Part shown: positions 10,801 through 28,500 of the stretch, in pieces
Layout of the letters: each line of letters opens with the position of its first letter
Position numbering within the stretch: the stretch's first letter is position 1
NCBI GenBank assembly: GCA_002269645.1
Contig: NIVC01003242.1
Span: forward strand, 1-52,110
Direction of reading: 5' to 3'
Source of the DNA: Macrostomum lignano
Taxonomy: Eukaryota
DNA length: 52,110 nucleotides
The notes under the pieces: model-generated
Told to the model about the DNA's origin: nothing
The model's database searches: none
Seen by the model: only the letters and a program-made list of their open reading frames with translations
Made by a program: the position numbers and the translations under genes

Positions 10801-13800
10801 CCACGCAGCGTGCTCAGCGGGTACGATCCGGGAAGAGAGTACACAAGGCACACGGAGCTCGGCCTTCAGCACCTCTATCTCGCAACTCTTTAGCGGGTTT
10901 TCACCTACCAGTACCGCGCCAACGCTGTCACAGGACACTTTGGTGCTAACAGTACCTAAAAATAGCTGTTTATACTTCGTTGCATCAAAAGAGCAAGCGG
11001 CTGTTACGAAGCAGTGTCCAGTTTTTAAAGCTGCCCCGACCCGGAATTTCGTTCACATAGTTTCACAGTTAACTCGGACAATCTAGTTGATCAAACGATA
11101 TTGGGCCAGAGTCACTTCCAGGCCTAGATGATACCTCGGCTTAGGGGCACTCTGTTCTGGCCTCATCCTTGCCTCTAGGGTCCTTGCCTATCCAGTCATT
11201 CTTTCCATAAAAATCTGTTGACAATAGCTCGTATCACCACAAGAAGTACTTTTGTGGGCAAACGCGTCTTCAAAATTGCACTGTAATATACGTGAACCGC
11301 AATAAATTAACTAATAGACCAACTAAATGACAAGACAGTTAATGGTCCGCCTTTATTAGTAGTGCCTCGTGTGCTGGTTTACTTTCTACTTCAAGTACAT
11401 GTTAAACTACTCATATTTGCAATTTACGCTCGTACAAGTATACTGGGAATTTTATGCAAATCAGAAAACTTTTCATTTTTTCCAACCCTAAGGCCCAAGA
11501 AGTCTTTGCGTTTGAGTAAAAATTGAGCCCTCAGAGAGAAAGAAATCAGCAAATGGAGTAACTCACCGCAAGACTGAAATGATCGAGCAATCTGCTGTCT
11601 GCAGACTTCCATGCCAGATGAAGTGAAAGCACTGTCGTTTACCGTTAATACGTGCTGCGACTTTCCAAAGCAAGTTTCACGCTTCACAGTCCGACCCGAG
11701 CTTTTGCAGGCTGGCTTCGGGCAAACTTTGTTGTTTAGCGACTTGGCGGACTCCATAGCCTTGTTTGTGTTCTTGAAGAGCAGGTAGTTGGTTCCAAAAA
11801 TGGCCTTCAGTTCGTGGCTAAAATTTATTTTGCCGACAAGATGCAAGCTAAATCATCATGTTATATTATCCACTATGTCAGGATGTAATTCAACCCACTT
11901 ATACAATCGAATTTAAGTTTAAATAAGCTATTCTAGGTACTAAGCCACAAATGGGTGTTCAACTTGAGTGCCAAAACTACGCTCGCACAAATGCTGGGTG
12001 CAAGTCCCTGGTCCCTGGCCCGCCAAGTACTTTAGTGCCCAACATTCAATAGATGTTTGTGAGAGCGGAGGACACTTACGGAAGTAGTTGTCGTTACGGG
12101 GCTTTTAGGACAAAAATATAGCCTATCCCCTTAGATCAACATCTACTATACGCTCGTATCTACGCTCGTATTCATACATAATGCTCTTATAATTATATTT
12201 AAAATTAGCTAGCCAATGCAATACTTACTGCCATCTCATGTAAGGGCGATAAAATAGACAACCACCCCTTCCCGTCTAGGACAGCAAAAAAATCAACATC
12301 TATCTATTGGTCATTGTTCATTGGTCATTGGTATCATTGATAAGTAGTTTGCTTCTTCTATTGACACTATCTATTTAATAAACATTAATTTTTCCACATA
12401 TTAAGCTGTCACATTTGTAAAGCATACACTCTTTGACATGCTAATTTGAAAAGAATAGAGAAATTTGGCGGGAAAAATTCATAGCGGTATACAGGCAGGC
12501 CTTTTAAATATCACTTTTTTCAGAAATGATATCAGCACTCAAATGACAGATGCAGCCATTGGGGCATGCATTGGTCAGTACCTGCTAGATGCAAATCAGC
12601 GACTTGCGAGAAGGAATGAAGTGGAACAGTGACGCAACTGTGACGTTGCCAGTTTAAGGTGATCCCGCAAAAGGGCCGTTGGACTACAATTTCACTACAA
12701 TTTCTCATTTAAAATTCTCCAATCTTGTATTCTCACGTTTACTTGTAGTAGCGCCCAGCGAATCTGTATCAGTTGCTAAATCACTGCGTACTTTGTAATC
12801 TTTGCGTACGTTTGTAGAATCTCGCGCGATCGATAATTTCTGTTTCTTGTTTTTCCCTCGCCAGCCAATGAAAACTCTCCGCATATATTATGCTAACCCT
12901 CCTGCGCTCCTTGATTAACCCCGCCTGGCGGCGGGCTGGGGGTTTTCACGCTCTTCCCCTCGTCGCTCGCTTTTCCTTTTGGTTTCTCCCTTCCTTGCCT
13001 TTCCTTCTCTCTCCTTATTTCGCACTGGGACTGGGACGCACTGGGACCGCTGATTATTTATCCATCGTGTGCTTGTCTATCATTTTACATGTAATTTTGA
13101 GTTCGAGTGAAGTTGAAATAATGATGCCCTTAGCCATCTTTTCTAGCAAAGAAATATTTCAAGCTATTCTACTTGTATTTGATAGTTTGTTTTATGGCTT
13201 AGGAAACTTCCAACCAACCTTTAGTAACAGCAGATAGATTAAAATAGCATTTAAGGCCACGAGGCAATGTTCCTCTTTCGTTCGTTAAATCAATTTTTCG
13301 TTTGAGCACGAACAGTACTAACTTAAAACGACAAAAAAGATAACAGCATGTCGTGGAAACCTTCGTCAGCATTTAGAAAAGCATGAAATTGAAATCGCGC
13401 CAAGGCGAGCGAGCTCCCGCATTGTGAAATTAATGTTGCACAGCTCCAGTGCGGGACGCACTTGCCCAGGGGGTTACTTTAAATGAAGGTGCTGCAGGGC
13501 GACCAGTCATGTCGTTGAATATAATTGTATGTTTTTAAGCAGTAGCTGACTTATAAATTATTTTCTTCGTACCCCTTCTAGTTTTCTAGTGATATCACCG
13601 CAGTTTTAACCATAGACAGTTGCTAAAAGACAGTTGTTGCTTTACTTTCTTACACGCCTTGGCGCGATTTCAATCTCATGCTCTTCTAAATGCTACGAAG
13701 GTTTCCACGACATGCTGTTATCGTTTTTTGTCGTTTTTTAAGTTAGTACTGTTCGTGTTCAAACGAAAAAGTAATTTAACGAATGAAAGAGAAAAATTGC

Positions 13801-14676
13801 CTGCCACGGCACGAATACTACATGAAAATGAATACGGCATCAATACGACATTGCGACATACATGCGATGTAAAAACATCACGTTGTGCGGGACGACGTCG
13901 TTTCGACGTCGTTTCTCTCAGTGGGTGGGGTTGGTTTATCCTTCAAATAAACTTTCTGGCTGCACCATTATTAAAAAAAGTTGCTTTTTAACGGATGATA
14001 AAACTGTGCTATAAAGACTTTCAGCGTTCAGGCATCAACTGAAACTATATATAGCTATGAAAACAAATTGTATGTGAGCTAAAGAAAAAAAAACAATAAA
14101 ATTTAATCACCTGTTCCACAATCCACCGATTCCGATTGCGTGCACTGCGTTTCCCGTCAACTTCAGGACTGCGACTTCCGACTTAATCGAAGCCAGTTCC
14201 GCGTCGCTCGATCCCGTTATTCTCTCAGCGCACTGCCTGTCCTTTACCAGAGCTAAGAGTCTTGGAGTCGGAGCAGCCCTGGCCTTGTTGAGCACGGACT
14301 CCCGAGCCAGCTTGATGCCCTTCGAGATTTCGGCTCGTTCGGAACTCATCGTCAGCCTGTCGACCGCGGAGTTGAAGTCCGACAGAGACGTCAGGTCGTC
14401 GAAGTTGGCGAGAACCTGCGCAGTCTGCGACATGCCGATCAGAGCCAGTCGAGTTTTTGTGGGACCGATTGGAAATTTAGAGACCAAGGCCTTCACCTCT
14501 GAGAGCAGCCTGTCGAACTGTGTTTGAGAGCATGAAGACGATGTGTCCACTGCGACCACCAAGTCCAGGTTGATGCAGGGGCTTGTCGAGCAGCTGAGCT
14601 CAATCTGATGCACCAGTATTAAGAGAGCAATGACAGACAGAACCTTCCAGCATCTTGGATAAGTGTTGGAGAGCAT
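4830..14676 (-). CDS. Secreted double-VWA protein, copy A (671 aa, 7 exons)
   Basis: Exons 14676-14111, 11817-11567, 8985-8839, 7855-7345, 6283-6009, 5680-5558, 4972-4830. All introns are GT-AG with phases 2,1,1,2,1,1, and the exons sum to 2016 nt with no internal stop. It has a signal peptide, VWA1 (DLVVAVDTSSS), VWA2 (DKSGS..GTNTG..ITDG) and a C-terminal 8-Cys domain, with no TM segment. Confidence 0.88.
5030..5508. repeat. 29-bp minisatellite in intron 6 of copy A (~16 units)
   Basis: Unit GCAGTGACTGAGGGAGGGCTGGCAGACAT with point variants. It lies between the GTAAGT donor (5557) and the CCAG acceptor (4973). Confidence 0.95.
6400..6930 (-). repeat. Copy of a degenerate interspersed repeat family (CTCAGCAATTCCC/AGCCTTGA-type subrepeats, TTAGGG-like motif) in intron 4 of A
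   Basis: Reverse-complement similarity to 20500-20760, 45470-46460 and 47400-47770. A near-identical copy lies at ~27380-27900 in C. Boundaries are approximate. Confidence 0.45.
7878..8772. repeat. (GACT)n tetranucleotide array in intron 3 of copy A
   Basis: ~0.9 kb of GACT with GAGT/CTTGAGT interruptions, between the donor at 8838 and the acceptor at 7856. Confidence 0.97.
10194..10660. repeat. 64-bp minisatellite in intron 2 of copy A (~7 units)
   Basis: Unit GGTGAACCTAGGCAAGGGCCAAACTGGAGGGCCAGGAGAGCGCCAAAGTGGAAAGTCGGGAGAT starts at 10194, 10258, 10322, 10386, 10450, 10514 and 10578. Confidence 0.95.
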
Positions 14677-15199
14677 TTCGATTTGTGAGCCGATTATTAA
14701 AGTGTAAGCTACGCTTTTCTTTCACAGCTAAAACTCTATGAAGTATCGCTTAAGCTGGTCCCTTTGACTTTCGTACTTATATTGAAGACTTTGGTTCGTT
14801 TGTCTTTGGCAGAAGCTCCTTTCAGTGTTACAGAAACGCGTCTCACTGTACCTAAGCAAGTGAAATATTTACTGCCATAAACAACTAAAGTTTTTACATA
14901 CCCTTTGCGCTTGAATTCTGAGCTTTAAATTGACAGTGTAAGAAATTAAGTAGTTTTTTTGCAAATCAAATTTCTGCTATAATGCAGATGTTCATGGGGC
15001 CCGATCCATGCTCGAAATGCTGGTCTGCTATTAGTATAGATGGCTTTTGTTGTTGTTGGGGGAGAGAGCTTGTCTCGCCTGGGATCAGCCTAGGGAAAAG
15101 CTCTACCGCGGGGGTATTTAAGAAGTTTGCAAAAATCACTGGCCTGAAAATGCACCACTGAAACGAATTAACCGCCATACACGCCCCATCGACCCACCC

Positions 15200-16431
15200 G
15201 CAATTTTAAAGATTTTTCATTGACTTCCCTGCGTCAGACTGTCTCAAGTAAGTATGAATGGTTGTGTACTTAGTGTACTTACTAAGTTGTATCAGCCTGT
15301 TTCAAATATTTTAGGACGCTCTAGAGATGCTGGTCGGCGAGGCGTGCTGTTGGTCGACAGAGCTAGGGCCCCTGATGAATTGACTGCCTTCCTACTGTTA
15401 AGTCCTCCGTTCGAGTTAAGAGCGACTTCACAGTCTTGGCGTATCGGCGCGATGTGCTTGTAAAAATTTATCGTCAAGGTCATGGAGGCTGCTATTACAT
15501 ATCAGTGGATCAGATTATGGCCAGTGCTCGCCTCCGCCGCATACAGCTCTATGCGCAACTTTACGCTTCGCCACCAGATCACTCGCCATCCGCATGTTGT
15601 CAGCATGATGTCACCGATGAAGAGACTGTCAGTTTTGACGAGTTAAGTTTATCCGTTGCTCGAATTTCTACCGAAGAAAGCCTCTCTTTACTACATTTGT
15701 GGCTACGTTTCCCACAAAGAAAATTTGCCTGACCGAACAATTGCAACAAGTTTGCCTGGTCTGGATACTTCCACTGCTTGTAGTGAGTTCACTACGCTTG
15801 TATCTCGAGGGAAACTGAGCCATCCGCCTGAATGGTTAGTTGTCTTTGCCTGCTTCTGTTATGCCCATTCTCTTGGTTCTGGGCAGCGTTGTGTTAGCAG
15901 TTCCGTGCTTGTATTTGAGAAAATCTTCGAAATTTTTTTGATGTTCAACTGGACCGAGATCTGCTGCGTGGAGTGTCTCGAAGACTGGCCAACTCCATCT
16001 ATAAAGGCATGGTGCGCAGAGATTCCGAGACGTCCAGACAATCAACCACCGTTTGCTCTCGCCGACTCCGCAAACTGAAGCCTAGCTGAATGTTTCTTTC
16101 AAACACCTGTATATTTTCAAACTTTGTTATAGCCATCTATGTTTTCCTTATACAGTTATGTCCGGAGTTTTCCGGTTCGTTGCATATCGTACTTTTCAAT
16201 TGTCATTTACAATTCTTATGCTGGGAATATTTGCATATATTTATTGTTTGTATAACTGTAAAAATAATTATTATAGCGCAAATCCTTTATAATTACTCGT
16301 ATCTATCACTTAGTACTTGCTTCTTTATCCAAAAGGCTTATTAAAAAACCATAGACAGCCAAATCAAGCGGCCTTTTCTAGAATTTCTACCATTTGCGAG
16401 TGTAGCGTCCTAAGTTGTTAAGTAGTCCTTG
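15200..16431 (+). mobile_element. Degenerate P-superfamily (THAP9/Galileo-like) DNA transposon, 3' remnant
   Basis: Frameshifted peptides YRQGHGGCYYISVDQIMASARLRRIQLY and SLYYICGYVSHKE...EFTTLVSRGKLSHP resemble the P-transposase C-terminal motifs (RQ.GG, YIAGY, RGGL..P). It ends in ...AAGTAGTCCTTG (reverse complement CAAGGACTACTT), a CA-starting TIR-like end. No left end was seen. Confidence 0.6.
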
Positions 16432-17028
16432 TATGCGGCTTACGCCGGTTGGAGTGCTCGCGTTCTGATTGGCTGGGGGGTGTCCGTCTGCCCAGACCGG
16501 CCTAGGCCGGGTGGGGGGTTTGGTGTTTGCTGAATCATGCTTTTAATTACAATATAAGTGCGCACCGGCTTTTCAAGGCTTTGTGACTTTGAACTTGGCT
16601 TTGAAATCGCTTCTCGCATCTTATTCATTTGGCCATGCTGCCTCAAGGTACAACATGGCGACGAGTCTGAGCATTTCCGAGCCACGCGTGTTTCTCGCCC
16701 ACCCAGGACAGCTACACACGCCTTAGAATCGTTGGATCGAAGGATTCAAGATCTACCTGGAGGCCTTGGACCTAAAGAAAGCATCGGATGCACGCAAGAA
16801 GGCGATTCTCGTTCATCTGCTAGGCGAGGAAGGCCAGAGAGTCTACGCGCTGAGGAATCTGCCACGACGAGCGTTGATACGTTTGACAAGCTGGTGGCTG
16901 CACTGACAACGATCTTCGGTCAGTCGCACAGCACAATCAGCAACCGCTACAAGCTCAAGTCGCGTTCCCAGATGCCAGGTGAGCCAGTCAGCCAGTTCGT
17001 CGACGCCCTCCGAGAACTCGCGGCATAG
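16432..17028 (+). mobile_element. Ty3/Gypsy remnant: probable 5' LTR, PBS and truncated gag
   Basis: ...CAACA (16655) is followed by TGGCGACGAG (16656-16665), complementary to a tRNA-Ser(GCU) 3' end. The gag-like sequence reads MATSLSISEPRVFLAHPG..*NRWIEGFKIYLEAL..KKAILVHLLGEEGQRVY, then after a frameshift NRYKLKSRSQMPGEPVSQFVDALRELAA. Confidence 0.75.
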
Positions 17029-17624
17029 AGAATCCTCCATAGACGCGTTTCAGTAACACTGAAAGTAGCTTTTGCCAAAGACAAACAAAGCAAGAGATAA
17101 CTCAAGTTTTGACTTACCCATTGCACTAAAATTCTGAATTCTAAAAGTCTCAATGTGGTTTTGTAGTTAAACTTTCGATACCATAGTTTACAGCTGATGC
17201 AAAGTAACAAGCACTAATATATAAATAACATTTCGGTATTGTGCAAAACTTTCCATTTAATCGGTCCGGTTTTTTCTCAAGCTTAGATACATTTGTAATT
17301 CGATTTGTAGTCGCATCAGGCGCACAGCATTCAGGCTAAGTTAATAACAGAGGTTCGATTGCTTGAGTTTTGAGACGCATCGATTCGGTGTAGATGAGAA
17401 GCAGAATTAATTGGCGATTAATAATAAAGCCAACACAAAACACAGACTAATAAATTTTATAAAGGTGTGATGAGACGCATCAGGGGCTGCTCATAAGTAT
17501 ACCAACATCAGATCAACAAGTAACTTCGACTGTTATTAACGGACTAGTTCTTTCACACAGCAAGCCACCGATTATTCCAGCTTGATTCGAGGGCCGCGAT
17601 ACCAATCAGCTGACTGTCTGCCTG

Positions 17625-24807
<7,183 letters not shown>

Positions 24808-24886
24808 CTCGATTTGTGCAGAGCTGATTATTAAGTGTAAGCTACGCTTTTCTTTCGCAGCCTAAACTCTATAAAGTATCGCTTTA

Positions 24887-24929
24887 GCTGGTCCAAGGAC
24901 AACTTGATCCTTGTTGTCCTTGGCTGGTC
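24887..24929. mobile_element. 29-bp palindromic insertion with 7-bp direct repeat (putative P-element footprint) in the B promoter/5'UTR
   Basis: GCTGGTC [CAAGGACAAC TTGATCCTT GTTGTCCTTG] GCTGGTC. A and C have a single GCTGGTC at this site. Confidence 0.7.
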
Positions 24930-25592
24930 CCTTGACTTTCGTACTTATATTGAAGCCTTTGGTTCGTTTGTCTTTGGCAAAAGCTCCTTTCTGCGTTATT
25001 GAAAAGCGTCTCACTGTAACTGTACACGGGGCTTCTGAGCAAGTAAAATATTCACTGCCATAGACAACTAAAGTTTTGACTTTCCTTTTGCACAAAAAAT
25101 CTGGATTCTAAAATACAATTCAAGGTGGCTTTTTTACAAGTTAAAATTTCGATACAATGGTTTACAGCTATTGCAAGGTAACAAGCACTAATACATATAT
25201 CTTATTTCGGTATCAGAGAAAGCTTTCCATTTAATCATTCCGGTTTATTCTCAAGCTTAGATAATTTGATTTGTAGTTGCATCAGGCGCATAACTTTCAG
25301 GCTAAGTTAATAACAGATGTCTGATTGCTTGTGTTTTGAGACGCATCGATTCGGTGTAAATGAGAAGCAGCAGAATTAATTGACAATTAGTAACAAAACC
25401 AACACAAAACACAGACTAATAAATTTTATAAAGGTGTGATGAGACGCATCAGAGGCTGCTCATAAACAAATATCTGATCAACATGTAACTTCGACTATTA
25501 TTAACGGACAAGTCCTTCTTTTACACAGCAATCCACCGATTAATCCAGCTTGATTCGAGGGCTGCGATTCGGATCCGCTGTCTGTCTGCCTG

Positions 25593-28500
25593 TCAGTTGT
25601 CGACCACCAGCACGGCCTCGCCGTCCTTGTCGATGCACTGGCAGTTTTCTCTCTCCTCGCCGTCGATGTTTCTGCAGCGAAACGGCGCCGCGCCAATCGG
25701 CTTGCAGCTGAAGTCGGCAGCCACGCATTCTGGAATGGGCGAGTGGTGGACGGCCTAGCAACTGGATTGTTGCGGAGCTGACCGGGTGCAGTCAGACACG
25801 CAGTGACTGAGGGAGGGCTGGCAGACATGCAGTGACTGAGGGAGCTCTGGCAGGCATGCAGTGACTGAGGGAGGGCTGGCAGACATGCAGTGACTGAGGG
25901 AGCTCTGGCAGGCATGCAGTGACTGAGGGAGGGCTGGCAGACATGCAGTGACTGAGGGAGGGCTGGCAGACATGCAGTGACTGAGGGAGGGCTGGCAGAC
26001 ATGCAGTGACTGAGGGAGGGCTGGCAGACATGCAGTGACTGAGGGAGGGCTGGCAGACATGCAGTGACTGAGGGAGGGCTGGCAGACACGCAGTGACTGA
26101 GGGAGGGCTGGCAGACATGCAGTGACTGAGGGAGCTCTGGCAGGCATGCAGTGACTGAGGGAGGGCTGGCAGACATGCAGTGACTGAGGGAGGGCTGGCA
26201 GACATGCAGTGACTGAGGGAGCTCTGGCAGGCATGCAGTGACTGAGGGAGGGCTGGCAGACATGCAGTGACTGAGGGAGGGCTGGCAGACATGCAGTGAC
26301 TGAGGGAGGGCTGGCAGGCATGCAGTGACTGAGGGAGGGCTGGCAGACATGCAGTGACTGAGGGAGGGCTGGCAGACATGCAGTGACTGAGGGAGGGCTG
26401 GCAGACATGCAGTGACTGAGGGAGGGCTGGCAGACATGCAGTGACTGAGGGAGGGCTGGCAGACATGCAGTGACTGAGGTGACTTGGAGCGGCGCTGGAA
26501 GGGACGAAGAGCTGTGCTCAGACACTTACTCTTAACTGAGGTTGGCAGGATTGTATTGCCGCTGGAGTCGCAGCGGAAGTCGTGGCACATGTTGGTCCAA
26601 GACTCGCCTTCCAGGTGGTCGCTGCCGTCAATCGGGTCGACGCAGGTGGCCTCTAAAAGTTTGGTTCGCATTAAGTGCATTTTGTAAGCTCAACTGAGCA
26701 TGGTGCACTGAATATTTGAGTATTATTCTCCAGCAGTCCTATGACGGCTGGCGTTTGAGGCTACGGTGTCTTTTCATCGAGAGTCTTTCTTTGGGACTTA
26801 AAAGCAAACGATGAAAAAACTTTTGATTAAACCGTGAAATTCTTGGGCAACTCTTGAGCAACTCTCGAGTCTCAAGCGTTCAGGAAAATTGCACGTAGTA
26901 TACTAGTATATCTGCATTATTGGTATTAAAGAGCATCACAATACACATGAAATATATAAAAATGAGAAAATGCAACTTACTGCAACCATTACTTATTTCG
27001 TTTTTAAGATGCTTGATGCACGTTTTAACGGTGTCGTACTTGAAGTTTACAGTAGTGGTTTGCATTTTTTCAGACAGACACGGCGAGATGGACTTGATCT
27101 GAACATCAGCTTCGCACAACTTCGGATTTGGCGGCCTCAACTCCATGCAAAGCCGAGCTGAGAAATTTAAAGCCCAATGCCTTAGCTGATCAAATTTGTT
27201 GAAAATGAAGAGGTTTCTGTCGGACTCTGGCGAGGTGATCATCTTCAGCTCGTCACTGTAGTTGCAGGATGTTGTGTAGTTGCTATGAGCACGGCACACT
27301 TATCGCATTTATAAAATAAATCAAAGGCGCACGGGGAGGGCCATAAACAAAGAAGTACAAAGTACAAGTACACAACACTGAATAGTCAGGGCTCATAGAG
27401 GTGGGATATGTGAAATTCTGAGTCTTTAGTCTCATAGAGAATCGCTGACATACCAAAACTTAACGTGCTGATTGCTGAACTTTTTTGGCTCATGGAAGAA
27501 TGACTAAACTGCTGTGACTTTCAGCAGGTTTAGAGTTAGTGCTTAGGATAGGGGTATTAGGCTCAGGGTTAGGGTTCAACCTTAAGAGAATCACCCTGCT
27601 AATCATTAAATGTTTATAGAGGAATCGCTCTATAATCATAGATACTCATAGGCTCATGAAGGAAATCGCTTGAACTCTGCGGCTTAGGGGAATTGTTCAC
27701 ATGCTGAGGCTCATGGAAGGATTGCTGATATCCTAAACCCCCCTCGAACCACCCCCCCCCGGAAAGCTAGCCCCCTAATTGTATTGGTTCGTGAGAAGAT
27801 CGCTGAAATGCCAAAGCTCATTGGGAGTGGCTTAAATCCTTTGGCTCATGGGGGTTTCACAGATGCTTTGAGCCAAAGCTCATAGGGGATCTGATATCTT
27901 AGTCTGGACAGTTGTCTTAATAACTTAATGATTGAAGGCTTTAAAAATTAATGTGGGGCGCAGATTTCTAGTTCAGTGCTAAATTTACCCCTTCATTGGA
28001 GCAAAGGAGAGTTGTCTTATATATTTATAAGTCCACTACAAACAGGTGTCCTTGGTGTGAAATAATAACTCACTTCATACTGCTTTAAACTTTTCATACG
28101 CATTTTAAAGCAGTATAGAAATAAGACATATAAAGTGGCTCGCTGGTTCACGTCAAATTGGCTGTCGACTACTGTGCCATAAAGAGTGACACCGTGGTAT
28201 TTAATATTTTTACATGTATATGATTTGTATACTTTTCAGCCAACCATTGGTGCTAATATCTTCTATCTAATTTAAAGAACAAACTAAAAATTAGATCTTA
28301 ACAAAGAGGCTCACAAATCTAAGTCGTCCGGGTCGCCGACTCCTACCGCATACAGCGTAACATTGTCGTTTTTTATATCCGACACTGCTTGAAACAGTAC
28401 TTTGGCGTCGTTGCTCCCACCATCCGTGATGATAACGACGGCTTTGAAAACGTTTCTTCGGCCTTTTGAGTTAAAAAGCTTCTTGACTTCTTTGAGGGCG

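Noticed and set aside
10457-10804. Collagen-like or Gly/Arg-rich ORFs
   Set aside because: They derive from the 64-bp VNTR in intron 2 and have no sustained Gly-X-Y periodicity.
13620-13991. 123-aa ORF conserved at 33738-34109
   Set aside because: Conservation only reflects the recent A/C duplication. It is antisense in intron 1 with no domain-like features.
2058-14676. Functional link between the ILP gene and the adjacent secreted VWA/VWC-like genes
   Set aside because: Only proximity supports it; there are no shared regulatory elements or recognisable insulin-binding domain.
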